DNA of 64,000 nt, taken from Octopus sinensis. Lineage: Eukaryota. The position numbers and the translations under genes are program-made. This document shows, in pieces, positions 36,445-48,557 of this stretch. The notes under the pieces are model-generated. The model did not search any database and was not told the origin of the DNA. It saw only the letters and a list, made by a program, of their open reading frames with translations. How positions within the stretch are numbered: the first letter of the stretch is position 1; the number at the start of each line of letters is the position of its first letter. The stretch covers positions 239,034 through 303,033 of the forward strand of contig NW_021832124.1 of assembly GCF_006345805.1 (NCBI RefSeq), written 5' to 3'.

Positions 36445-36569
36445 TTTTAAATGATTTTTTATTATTTAAATTAAATCTTATAACATTGGGATATTTTTCG
36501 GTTTCTTATTCGAAATTATCTATTTAAAATTGATTGGCCTGGCTGTTGGCTGTATTAATTTATTCTGGA

Positions 36570-36810
36570 ATGGGAGAGTGTTTGTCCCCCTGGCTGTTGA
36601 GACGTCAGGAATACAGGGGCCTTCTACTCGGACCCTACTCCAGCGCATTGCCTCATTAATCGAAATGGTTACCGGCGACCCGTGTGAGCACCGGTATTTA
36701 ATCGAAAGAATATCTATAGCAATAGTCAGAGGCAATACTCTGGCTATCTGCCAATGACTATTTCTCTTTTGATTTGAAATAAAATAAAAGATTGGTAATC
36801 AAAAAAAAAA
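36570..36810 (+). mobile_element. 3' fragment of an RLE-type (CRE-like) non-LTR element with A-rich tail
   Basis: FVPLAVETSG..GP..TGDP..YLIERISIAIVRGN. Confidence 0.7.
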
Positions 36811-37731
36811 TTTATTCTTTTTCGTTTTGAGCAATTTTATAGCCTCTAATTGAAATTTTTTGTTAACCACCAATTTAATAATCTCTAGGGCTCTTTCTAA
36901 AGGATTAACTCTTTTCTTATTCGATTCTTCTTCACTAACTGTTTTCAAGTTAATTATTAAATAAAATCACAAACTGACTGTATTTTTTATATCAAAAAGA
37001 GACAGACGTTATAATAATTTGATGATATGGGTATTTATCTATTGCAACCTAAAAATTGAAATTTCGATTGTTTTTTCTTTATTTGGAACTTGGATTTAAG
37101 TCTTGATCTATTTTTAAAAATTCCTTTTTAAATGACAATTAAATATTGTACCGTCCATCGGTATCTTTGAAAATTCATTAACTTTTATAGAGTTTACCTG
37201 ACTTTGTCTTGTACCTCATTCCCTGACAAAGTGAGGGCATCGAGTCATTTAATTATATATTCGAACTTGCCGATTTCTTTATTTGCAGTTTAACTTTTTA
37301 TTTTTTGATAAGTTTGTAATGAATGCAGTATTTGGTACACAGCTTCATTAATCGCCTGATTTACTGCTTCTAGTGCCCACTAGTTCACATTGTTCCTTTC
37401 TACGATATTCATACTGTTTTGAAAATGATCACTTAGATCCCCATATTAAGCTGTTTTCTTTGACTTTATATTCTGCAGTGACTCGATTTTGGCCACAGAA
37501 TTGGTCAAATTGAAAAAATTATCGCGTTAATAGAAATGATTCGTCAAGATGTTCAAATGAGTCCAGTCTTAGCCAAATTAAATATACATCGGACATGCGC
37601 GTCCTGCCTCGCCGATAAGTGCTTTTAACGATTGGGTGGCAATCCAGTACTCTAACACATCAATGATTAGTTAATCTTTCAAAATGATATATGCACACCA
37701 CAAAAAGAAACAAAAGAATATAATATAAATA

Positions 37732-39242
37732 CTATCGACTCCCCAACTGGACGTGGGGGGACACAAAAAGTGGTATGATCACATCAGTCAAATTGGGATA
37801 GACGACCTCTTTCTACAATTAACACAAATAAAAACATTAAACTCCGTTAGTATGAGTTTCTTGACGAGTTTGCAAAGCAATTCATTAATGTTACGATCGC
37901 CCACCTTTGGCTGCACAATCAAGTGGAGACTCGGATTGGGACGGAATCCAACCCAGAGTCGATCGGTGGGGGGGTTGGGGAGATTGATAGTCATGACTCC
38001 TTCCAACCCGGTCACTTCCACGTCCAGAAGCAGAGGAGTGTTGGCAATGTTCTCCATTGAGTTCTTAACCACTTTAATTTCGAGTGCCCGCTGAAAGTAG
38101 GAGGATGACCGAATCCGTTTGAGTAATTTGTACACCCTCTTCTTGCGGCAGTACACATCGTCACCCGAACTGTCCGAATTCGAGTCCTGTGCCAGCTTGA
38201 AGAGGTTGACCTTCGTCTGCAGTTGAATTCGGAACCCGCCGCCGTAGATGAGACTGAGGTCGAGCCAGAGTCCCATTTCGTTGAAGGTTGGTTTGTGCAA
38301 CTTGAGGATCTCTGGGAAATTCCTGCCAATTTCGAAGGAGTTGACATCGATGGTGTCAATGAATGCGGGGAGGTCCATGTTTTTGAATTTGTGTTCGATT
38401 CTGCCACGAATCTGGTCCCTCCAGTAGTCCATAGTGCAAATGTGGTACAACAGACGACGTGAGAGCATATTCAACCACTCGACGGAATGGTCTCGATACT
38501 CCCGGACTGTCCCCATAAACCACATCAAGTCCCCCAACTCGTCCTCACACTTCTCCACAGCCGTCAATCTTCTGTACCACAACTCCTTAGTCCTCTGGGA
38601 GTAAAAGAAGAGGTAGAAGACTGTGCCCTCCCTCGTCTCAATGCAGACCGGGTGCTTCTTTGCCCACAGTCTCTTGAGGGTGAGGGAGGAGGGGAGGAGG
38701 TAGGTGGAGGATCCCCGCAGACACACTTTCCGTCGTTGGATGAACTCGGCCGTGCGGACATCCATTTTGACGTTGCGAGGGTCGATGGTCAGTCGAGGGT
38801 AGGAAATGACCAGCAGATCACCCGACAGCTCAGCGAACACAGTCGTCCGGTGGTTGTTTTCACTGCTCTGGAGGGTGAGCCACTCCTGCAATGCCGGGTT
38901 GTCTTCTGGGCAATCAAATGGCTGCTGTACTTCGTTCCTCATTTTGTTGCGGAAATACGCCTCCTCGATGTCCTCCACTATCATTTCCCCACCCACCGAC
39001 AACACCACCATCATCACACTCACCCCCACTGAGAAACCCACCACCAGTCCCCACAATATCCCCGGAATGGGCAGATTGAGCAGAACATACACCACACAGA
39101 ACATGTACACAAATGCATCGAATTCCCTACTGGAGGTGACGTTTCGATTGAGACCTGTTGGAAATGTGACATGATCGATCATTCTCGCCAGGGTGATTAC
39201 ATGTCTTAATTTCACCATTCTGTGCAAACGTGCCTCCAACAT
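37732..39242 (-). CDS. TEX2: TEX2-like TM-PH-SMP lipid-transfer protein
   Basis: TM hairpin, KRLWAKKHPVCI, RTKELWYRRL and SMP motif INLPNPPTDRLWVGFR; last intron near 37812-37834; start uncertain. Confidence 0.88.
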
Positions 39243-39499
39243 TGTAGAAAGTAGTCATGCTTTAATTAGTCGCCAAAAATATCGGCAACGACAATAACCA
39301 AAATACAATCCGATATTTTTTTATTAGAAATATCAATAGGTTTTCCAAAATTATGAAAATCTCTTAATAATTCTTGTTGGTTTTCCAGAAACTAAAAAGT
39401 ATTTTCCCTGCAAAGAAAGGACCACTCGGCTATTCAGGAATGAAGACAAGCCTGCAGACTAGTTAGGGTGTGTCCATTACTATGTTTGAGGAATACTAC

Positions 39500-39900
39500 A
39501 GATATGCATCCTTCCTATTCCACTGAGAGAGGCACTCAGTTGTGTGATTGGCTAGCATACTTATAAATTTGCGAACTAAAAGGATAACACATTGTTAGTG
39601 AAAATAATTGGCGCACAACAACTCTGACCTCTTGATTTCGTAATCTGAGTGAATGAGGAAATGCAACCTTCATCAAACCCAAGTTCATAAACCTCGTCCT
39701 TGAGTTTGTCGAGTCTGTGCAGTACTTCCTCAAAGTGCATTGCATTCAATTCTGAATTGTCATGTCCCCATACCCTTCAGGTAGTCCAGTTCCCCACTAA
39801 ACACAGATGACGTAAAGTCAATGAGTGATGAAGTAACATCCTCAGGCAATAGGAATCTTCTGTTTGCGTTGGATGATGAATCCTGTGGATTGTCTTAAAG
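39500..39900 (-). mobile_element. Helitron RepHel remnant
   Basis: HPTQTEDSYCLRMLLHH and RQLFSL..CYP resemble RepHel motifs. Confidence 0.5.
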
Positions 39901-40129
39901 TTAATGGACTGCCCTACACTTATTGAGAATTGTCTGAATGTCCAAATAACCCTCACTCTCATCAATTGTCTCCTTGCACTGTAAATCCATGCTCTACAAC
40001 AACAAATAATTCTATTTCTGAAAAATAAATAAATTTTTACAACCTTGATTAAAATCGTAAACGTATTCTATAGTCAGAGGTAATCTCCTCTGCAATTCTC
40101 CCTTGTGTAACTACCTATTAACTGGTTGT

Positions 40130-40430
40130 ATAAATTGAACATATTTTAAGGATGGATTTGGATGCACCGGCAAACGCCGCGATGGAGGACTATTTCGAAG
40201 CTGGGGGTCATCGTTTCCGTGGGCGACCAAAAAATACTCTCCCGGGTACGCTGAATAGAGACCTAAAGAGGGCTGGTAAAGAACTGAAGGACGGGGACGA
40301 TCTCGATGCACTACGGGACGTCGCCCAAGATCGCGGGAAATGGAATAAGCTAATTACTCGTATTGTTTCCTGTGCTGCACAAGCTTTGTCATGATCCATG
40401 GCATCGCGAAAGTGCCTATAATAATAAATT
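40130..40430 (+). mobile_element. 3' remnant of an RTE-like non-LTR element
   Basis: RGRPKNTL..LNRDL..LRDVAQDRGKW. Confidence 0.65.
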
Positions 40431-40611
40431 GAACAAATCGTAGAAAGCAATACTATTAAATCGAATAAGCATAATCGAGGGTCACTTTAATCACTATCCG
40501 GAATGAATATGAACAGGAGAGCCTAAAAGAATACGAATTATGTGGAAAGATCCAAAGCGTGGTAAAAGTTGATTAATGATTTTGCGGGAGTGCTGAATAG
40601 TAATAAAGTTT

Positions 40612-40625
40612 ATTCCCTTGGAAAC
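40612..40625. promoter_or_regulatory. Candidate RFX X-box upstream of NEK1
   Basis: ATTCCCTTGGAAAC, 40 bp before the ATG. Confidence 0.5.
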
Positions 40626-40664
40626 ACTGCGGTATTCAAGAAAATATTCGTGTTGGTTGGCTTG

Positions 40665-43600
40665 ATGAATTCCTACATCAAACAAAAGTTGGTTGGCAAG
40701 GGAGCCTTTGGGAAAGTATTCCTCGTCCTCAGAAAAGAAAACAATAAACATTATGTGATTAAGGAAATTCCCTTTTATTCGGTGAAATTAATTGATAATC
40801 ATGACAGATGAACGAAAAGGCAAAGGAAGAGGCACGAAACGAGGTGTTTGGAGTGATTTGATTCCACAGGTGTCAGTACTTTCCAAACTGACTCATCCCA
40901 ACATTGTTTCTTACTGCGAATCATTTTATGGTTGGACAATCAGACTAATCCAGCAGAGAATGGAAAGCTGATGATAGTCATGGACTACTGCCAAGGAGGT
41001 TGTTTGTCGAATGCCACTTTAGGCGACCTCACACAGCGAATCAATGCACAGAATAATCTGCTGTTCGAGGAGAGTCTGGTTTGCAAAATTCGACCTAATT
41101 TCCAGATTCTGAATTGGTTCACGCAGGTGTGTCTGGCCATCAAATTCATCCACGACAGAAACATACTCCACCGGGACATCAAATGCCAGGCAAAGCATTG
41201 AATTCTTATTTAAGAATATTTTCCTGCATTATACGGGCGTGATAAAACTTGGAGACTTTGGAATTGCCAAGGTTCTGCACAAGTTGGTGCCAATTCCTGA
41301 TTATGCAGTCCTAACGACTTGGCCAAAACTGCAATCGGGACTCCCTATTACCTGTCCCCCGAAATATGCGAGAACTTGCCTTACAATCGTCGAAGGTTGA
41401 CCACACTTGTTGAGTGCATAGTGACATTTGGTCATTGGGGTGCGTGCTGTACGAACTCCTCACTCTCCATCACCCGGTATATTCGAGCATCTTATTTAGT
41501 TCGACGCCACTAATATGAAAAATCTCATTTCTAAGATTGTCCGGTTGATCATGTCCAAATAAGCATTCAGAGGTATCTACACGCCCATCCCGAATGCCTA
41601 CTCCTACGACTTGCGCAATCTCGTCTTCATGATGCTCAAGAGAAACCCGGCGTAGGCTTTGCTAATGGCAATTCCAGTGGTCGCCCTGATGTGAATGACA
41701 TTCTCAAAAAGAACTTTGTTCAGAAACAGATCCGAACCTTTTTGAACAACCACGTATTTGTGCTGCGTCGCACATTCACAGAAACTCAAGACGATTGAAG
41801 TATTCTCCAACCCAGCACCTCAATCAGTCGAGGTCTGCAAAAAAATAGTTGAAAAACCAAACATTCATGGAATAAACAGGATTGTCCCCAAAAAGGAAAT
41901 GTACAGTCTATAACTGAAATAGAAGGGACAAGAGAAGGGTGGGTAACACCAAGTATCCTCAACCAAAAGTACTACTGTGACTAATTTCAGCCAGCAGTAT
42001 TGAAAGCGCGTGAAATGGGCTGGAAAAACCTCAATCTCCAAGATTATTCTCAGAAAGTATGGTCGAATTTTCATTGAAAGAACAGAGGAAAACGAGACCA
42101 GACCCATTTGGAAGACAAATGCAGTCAGAGGAAAAGTATGTCCAATCACAATATTAGTAGAGAGCATACCACAATCCCCCGCGAAATACAAGTATATTCG
42201 GTCGCCGATGTTTAGGAAGAGTCCATTACTTGCTGATTATATCGAGCGTAGAAATGCGGCAAAACTGAACAAACTTAGGGCGGAAGAAGACATGATACAA
42301 AACAGAGAAAACTACGTGAGTGAGGAATTCCATTGAGTAGGGGTTATTCGGGGGCTGGGGGAAGAATGCATTATGTCCAAAGGGCAAACTCAACCAGTTT
42401 GTCCACGATTTCACTCCTCCAATTCAAATCGAGTAAAAATGCATATTTTAAAACAAGAAAACCTGAAATCGGGATCACTGAAGCTCCGAAATTGATAGTG
42501 AACGATAAGTTTGCAATTAGAGGAATGCTTAGTGCGAAAAATGAAGAAGGCAATGTTGATGATCAACCAGTCGAGGATCCTCCAAGAATTCAGGATATAA
42601 GTTCCAACGAAAGTATGTTTCATTCACGAAATAGAAAAACTCGGTGAAAAAAACCCAAAACTAGGAAAGAGAAAGGTGTGGGACGCCCCTTCTGATAGCT
42701 GTTTCTATGGTAAAATGGAAATATGCCATCGGAAACTGTCCAAAGAAATGAGTTCAGAGGAACGAACGAAATCGGAGGATAAAGCCATAATAGACATTCC
42801 AGAAACCAATGCATCAACTCCCGATTCGGCTATCAGTCCGAAAATAAAAAATGAGAAGATTAGTCCGACTTTGGATATTACAAAAAATGACGAGAAATTA
42901 TCATCTGAAACCCCTGAGAGTAAAGAACAAGAGGAAATATCGCATCCTGTCGAAATTCTAGAAACCAATGGATCAACTCCCGATTCGGCTATCAGCGAGA
43001 AAATAAAAAATGAGAAGAATAGTCCGACTTTGGATATTACAAAAAATGACGAGAAATTATCATCTGAAACCCCTGAGAGTAAAGAACAAGAGGAAATATC
43101 GCATCCTGTCGAAATTCCAGAAACCAATGGATCAACTCCCGATTCGGCTATCAGCGAGAAAATAAAGAATGAGAAGAGTAATTCGACTTTGACAGTCACA
43201 AAAAATGAAGAAAAATCACCCCCAGAAACCTTGGACAGTAAAGAACAGGAAGGAATATCGTACCTTCTCGATTTCAAAGATGATGAGCCTGTGATTCGTT
43301 AAAAACACAAATATATTTGGCTTAGTAAACTTGAAAAGAAAAAAGAAAAGGATAAGTGTTCTTCTAAACACATTGGAAAAAGACTGTCCGGCCCCCCTTT
43401 GTCGACAAGGAACATATTTTGTGCGGCATGCAGGAGAGGACGAGCAGTGTGTAAACGTATATAAAGAAGACATGAAGACGAAACGAAAACAATCAAGGTA
43501 TTCCTAAAAGACTGACTTTTAGATCGCCACTGAAGGTTTGATAAGGAAACATTGTTAGATACGGCGGGCAGTATCGTTGCCAGCAAGGATATTCACAGGA

Positions 43601-44172
43601 AATGAAATAAGACGACCCATCTCGGTGAAATTCGACTTGGACAAATTCGAGAAGGTAGACTACTATTGCCAAATGGAAGGAGCCGTTAACTGTGGGGAGT
43701 GTGGAGGACGCGATCAAGACTGAATTAGAGTTTAGCAATGACTATGATCTAATGATCGCCTCGATGGAGAGAATTATGAAGGAAGGAGACTCCCAAGCAG
43801 AAGAGACCTTAGACAACGAGACTGATATCAACGAGTGTTTGAATGAACAATTGGAGGATTATCATGTCAAGCCATCCTACTCAGTCTACGAATTAATCGA
43901 GAAAAAGAGGGCCAGTCTGGAAAAGTCGATGGAGTTCGACAAGCTGATAGCCGCCTATAAATACATAACTGTTGGGATTTCGACGTATTTTGTAGTCCAT
44001 CGACGAAAAAGAAGAGTGCGAGGACACATATAAGAAGATCATTGAAATCATTGGGAAAGAGAATTTAAAACACATATTCGACATTTTCAATCTGGTGGCC
44101 TTCGACAGTCAATACTACAATAGTAGTCACAAGTGTTTTATTTTAGATCTGAATGAAGGAAAACCAGAATAA
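40665..44172 (+). CDS. NEK1: NIMA-related kinase, NEK1-like
   Basis: [52 protein letters not shown]; NEK1-type C-terminus [21 protein letters not shown]; numerous 23-27 nt introns. Confidence 0.9.
42796..43265 (+). repeat. In-frame 159-bp (53-aa) tandem repeat, about 3 copies, inside NEK1
   Basis: GAAACCAAT recurs at 42802, 42961 and 43120. Confidence 0.95.
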
Positions 44173-44276
44173 ATTTTTACTTTTATTATTTATTCTCATG
44201 CTTAAATAAAACCTGGCAATACTACGGCGTCGGTGTAATAAAACATAATAGTTCAAAACAAATATGTTTTGTTAAT

Positions 44277-44746
44277 TTACGTGACTGCGTTGGCTGCTTC
44301 GATCACTGCAAGTTGCATTGTCAGGTCGGAAGAATCCTTGGAAGGTGTCGAAAGTTGGCAGTCCTCCAAATACTTGCCCGAGTCCTTCGTCCACCGTCGC
44401 ATATATTACAGTCTGAGTACCTTGTTCGGGTTTCTACGAATTCAATTGGTAAGGAAACCCTAGCAAACAGTGCCACCAGTTATTTTCTAGCCAGATCCTT
44501 GGTAATCTCGTATCCCTAAGTCGTGAAAGCACGACCCACCGACAGCACCTCCTGTCATAATAGTTTTTATTGCATTTCTCTGAGGAATGCTGAGTTTTGG
44601 AGATTACGACAAATTCGAGAAGGTAGACTACTATTAGGCAAAAGGCTTTAATTAAATGATCAAGTTAAACTAAAATATTTTGTAGATTAATTGACACGTA
44701 TAAGTATCGAAATAGGGATAAATAACGGAACAAGCTCGGATACCAT
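44277..44746 (-). pseudogene. Internally deleted retinol-dehydrogenase-like (RDH11-14/WWOX type) SDR
   Basis: KTIMTGGAVGI..YEITKDLARK is fused almost directly to PEQGTQTVIYATVDEGL..GKYLEDC; catalytic core missing; frameshifts. Confidence 0.68.
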
Positions 44747-44885
44747 GTCCAACGAAGGACAGAATACCCTGTCCAAAGATGGCGACCAAAAAAGACACCT
44801 ACTCGATAATTACGTCCACGGTGTATATTGTCTATTAAACCAGCCAAATATTAATAAAATATGAAGATAACACTTGGGAAACAAA

Positions 44886-45208
44886 CTAATGTTCTTTGAA
44901 TTCCCTATAAGTCAGTTTCTTGGGAATAATTTCTAATTTGGTGGAAGGGGACAAACCCTGGAGAAAGTCGTATTCGGGAGTCGATTGGACGAACACTGCC
45001 AGCCTGTTGTAATCTACCTCCTTATCCGATCCATTCATTTTATAGGCTCCCCATGTCAGAGTTTGAACAAATAATTCCTACGAATATAATATAAATATAC
45101 TGCCGCCTTAGTAATAAGTAGTTGGGAATCAGAAGATATGTTGCACACATCTGGGCAACTTTTCATTATTGTCCGTATTCTGCTCTGAGGAAGTGAAATG
45201 TTATCCAT
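44886..45208 (-). CDS. CHRAC1: Histone-fold chromatin accessibility complex subunit, absent from the ORF track
   Basis: With 23- and 24-nt introns removed: MDNISLPQSRIRTIMKSCPDV..ITKAAELFVQTL..YDFLQEIIPKK. Confidence 0.88.
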
Positions 45209-45363
45209 TCAGACACCACCAGAATATTACCCGTTTAATAATTTTATTATTTAAGTACAGCTTTCATTATAGATATATTTTTCCTTAAATATTTTTTTAA
45301 CGAAATTTGGACCTCAATAAAATAAGGAGCGTCAAAGACTATTAATTGTCAAGAGAAATTGAG

Positions 45364-45430
45364 TACAGTCAAGCTCCTTTAAAACGATTCCTCTCGGGAC
45401 CGACGAAATTGTCGGTATAGCGGGGAGGCC
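45364..45430 (+). mobile_element. Isolated pogo/Tigger-like terminal sequence
   Basis: TA-CAGTCAAGCTCC..TCGGGACCGA resembles the pogo end at 48304. Confidence 0.4.
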
Positions 45431-45663
45431 TGTATATTGAACATGTCATTTATAAACAAAAAGTGAAATTAATCTGTCAATAAGGATTGCATTTAGCTTC
45501 GATTCAGGAATCGTTTCATTGTTCAGATAGAGCAGTCGGTTTACGGGAACGAGTAATTCAGAGTCTTGAGTGCACGCATATGGCCAAATTGGTTTAGTAT
45601 TTGCTGAACATTTCCACAGCTTAATCGTTTTCTCTATCATTTTTTATATGCCTGTATGTCTAT

Positions 45664-46040
45664 ATGAGCGTTCACCCAATGCAGCGACTGGGCGCGTTGC
45701 GTGCTTTCTGCCTGCGGAGAGGTGCCTGGCTACGCATGTTTAACGCCATGGTGTTATCCGTGTTGACCTATGGCGTACATGCCTGGCACTTCTGCGAGGA
45801 CAAGGAGAAGTACGTTGACGCACTCAAGAAAGTCAGAAGACAAGCCATCCGGCTAGCCCATGACTTAGAATGGCGAGAGGAGCTTTCGGACGCCCAGGAA
45901 TTGTCCCTCAAAGGCCTCCCGAGGTCCTATAATGTCTGGGTGAAAGGCAAGGCAGCATAGTTTGCGACTGAGAGGTGAGCGTGTGTGCAGGACTGAAAAG
46001 GCAGGAATGCGGAAGGTCTTTATCTACCCTCTACTAACAG
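45664..46040 (+). mobile_element. 3' remnant of a non-LTR retrotransposon RT
   Basis: LRMFNAMVLSVLTYGVHAW..ALKKVRRQAIR. Confidence 0.6.
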
Positions 46041-46168
46041 CCTCTTTTTAAATAAATATTTTTCCTTCACATGAATCTGTTGTACTCAAAAAATTGGGCG
46101 TAATTTCACGGAGTTGTAGTGAATACAGGAATTAAAGACATGGAATAGGCCATCAAAAACGTGACAAA

Positions 46169-47643
46169 TTAAAGAAGAGATTCGAGATTAGCACGGACGG
46201 CATCAATATATTCAGCAGTATTGCAGTAGGCATCTTCTTTCAGACTGAGCAAAATAAAACAAGACAGCAAACTTATCAGCCCCCTTATTCACGCAGATTG
46301 CCAAGTCCTTCGTCATTATTCCCCGGTTGATGGTTTCCACACAGGCCTTCTCCAACATGGTGCAAAATCTGACCAATTCTGGGTTGTTGTCGAGGACCCC
46401 TCGGTGGTTCAATCCAGACGTCCACGCAAAAATACTGGCGACGGGATTAGTGCTGGTGGCCTTCCCTTGCTGGTATTGGCGGTAATGGCGAGTGACGGTT
46501 CCATGGGCCGCCTCGGATTCGAGGGTGACACCATCGGGGCACATGAGAACACTCTTCATCATCCCCAATGACCCATAGCCTGCATTTCACTCACACCCGT
46601 ACCCTGAGCTATCACATCCGACTGCACATCCCCGTCGTAGTTCTTGAGGGCCCAAATAAAACCTCCGTCGGACTTGAGGGCCTGAGCCACCATGTCGTCA
46701 ATCAGACGATGCTGGTAGTCAATTCCCATCTCACGGAACTTGGTTTGGTAGTGACTAGGGATGGGGACAAGGACCAACCGAGCGTACATTTTTTGGAATA
46801 TGTCCTTGAACTTGCCGTCGTATACTTTGAGAATGGTATTCTTCGTGCTCATAAACAACGGCATTTTCTTGGAAAGGGCCAATTCGAAACAACTCTTTGC
46901 GAAATTCGAGATAGACTACAAGAATGGGCAATTGGCAACCTCGTCCGTGTTGTACATGGCCATGGCAACCCCGGGGGACGAAAATCTGAACACGGATTTC
47001 CGCAACTGGTCTGAGGATCTGGCCGGCCTGAATACCAGTTCGACTTCTCCGGGCTCATTCACCAGTAATTCCGTCGATTTGTACTGCCCGTCAGTATAAA
47101 ATGCAACCTGATCGCCGTAAGCATGTCTGCCCACTATGATCGGCCTGTTCCAGGATGGGACTACCCTCGGAATATTGTCGCAGAGAATTGGCTCACGGAA
47201 AACAGTCCCGTTGAGTATATTTCTGATGGTTCCGTTTGGACTGGGGTACATTTTCTTGAGGTTGAACTCTACAATGCACATTTCTCAAACCTCGCACTCG
47301 GTCTTGGTCGGGAGTGATTGTCGCACATTTAATGCCCACGTTGTACTTTCTGATGGCGTGGGCTGCATCGACCGTCACTTGGTCGTCGGTGGAGTCGCGG
47401 TTTGTTATGGATAAATCATAGTAGAGACACTTCAAGTCCAAATAGGGTTTTATCAACTTTGATCATTTATATAATTTACTGTCGATTTTATATCCGCCCA
47501 AATTACACGAGTCATTTCGTCACCGTCAAGTTCTACAATGGGGTTGGTCACTCTGATTTTATCACGTGGTTTAAGGGCTATTAAATGGCACTAAATGTAC
47601 ATATGCGACGAATTGTGTGACAGCATACAAGACTACGAAACAT
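46169..47643 (-). CDS. IDH2: NADP-dependent isocitrate dehydrogenase, mitochondrial type
   Basis: Arg-rich presequence, [45 protein letters not shown] and [11 protein letters not shown]. Confidence 0.95.
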
Positions 47644-48557
47644 TAGTGTGGCTTATATTTTATTCACATTATATATTTTAATTAATAGTTTATCATCTAG
47701 TAATTTGCTACATCAACTTCACCTGAGGTCTGGATATATGCAATCACCCTGTTTAACAATCCGAGCGTCTAGGTTCTAGAACGATTTGACACAAGGTTAG
47801 AAAAAGGGCTAGAGTTAGGGATCGTCAAAAACGTTTGAATATTGATTGGGCCTCGGAAGATATTGTCAGCTGCATTTTGTGCAATGGGTTCACCTAAATC
47901 GGTATGCGATACTCTCTACTTTCTGGTTGGAATTGGGAATCTTGTAGAAAAGGGAAGGGTTAGAAACTTTAAGCATTCCAGAAAAACGTGTCTTACTGTA
48001 TAACGTCCTTTTGCACACAATCAAATACAGTCAGACACAATTAAAAAATACTTTTTTCGAGTCGTTTAAAAGATTTTGCTACAAATAAAAATGTCGAATT
48101 TTTTATAGGAATATGAATTTCTAACAGATATGAAATTTGTCGAAGAATTCTCTGAATATTGACTCTTCGTCATTAGCCATCCAAGATTTTGATAACTTAG
48201 CTTTAATTCCACTCAGAGAAATTACCGACCTGAAAACTTTTGAACATATGAAGGATAGTGCAGTTGATTCGAAAGAGAATGAATATCCGAACTATTAGAC
48301 GTACAGTAAAACCTCTGGTGCTCGCCATTTTCGGGACCGAAGAAAAAATGGCGAGCAATAGAATTTGGCGAGCAATGGAAATAATCAATAAATTTTTTGA
48401 CTTTGAAATTTTGAAAACATCTCGGTTTTCGATACTTTCCGATCATAAGTGAGCATTCCAAGTCATATTTGAGCAAAGAAACAAAGAGAATCGAAAGTAA
48501 TTAATAGGAAAAAATTAACTAAAAAAATCTTTAATAGTTTTTTTTAATTTAGCCATA

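Noticed and set aside
38223-39174. Plus-strand ORFs over TEX2, and similar ones over dynein, SDR and IDH2
   Set aside because: Antisense shadows of GC-rich coding sequence.
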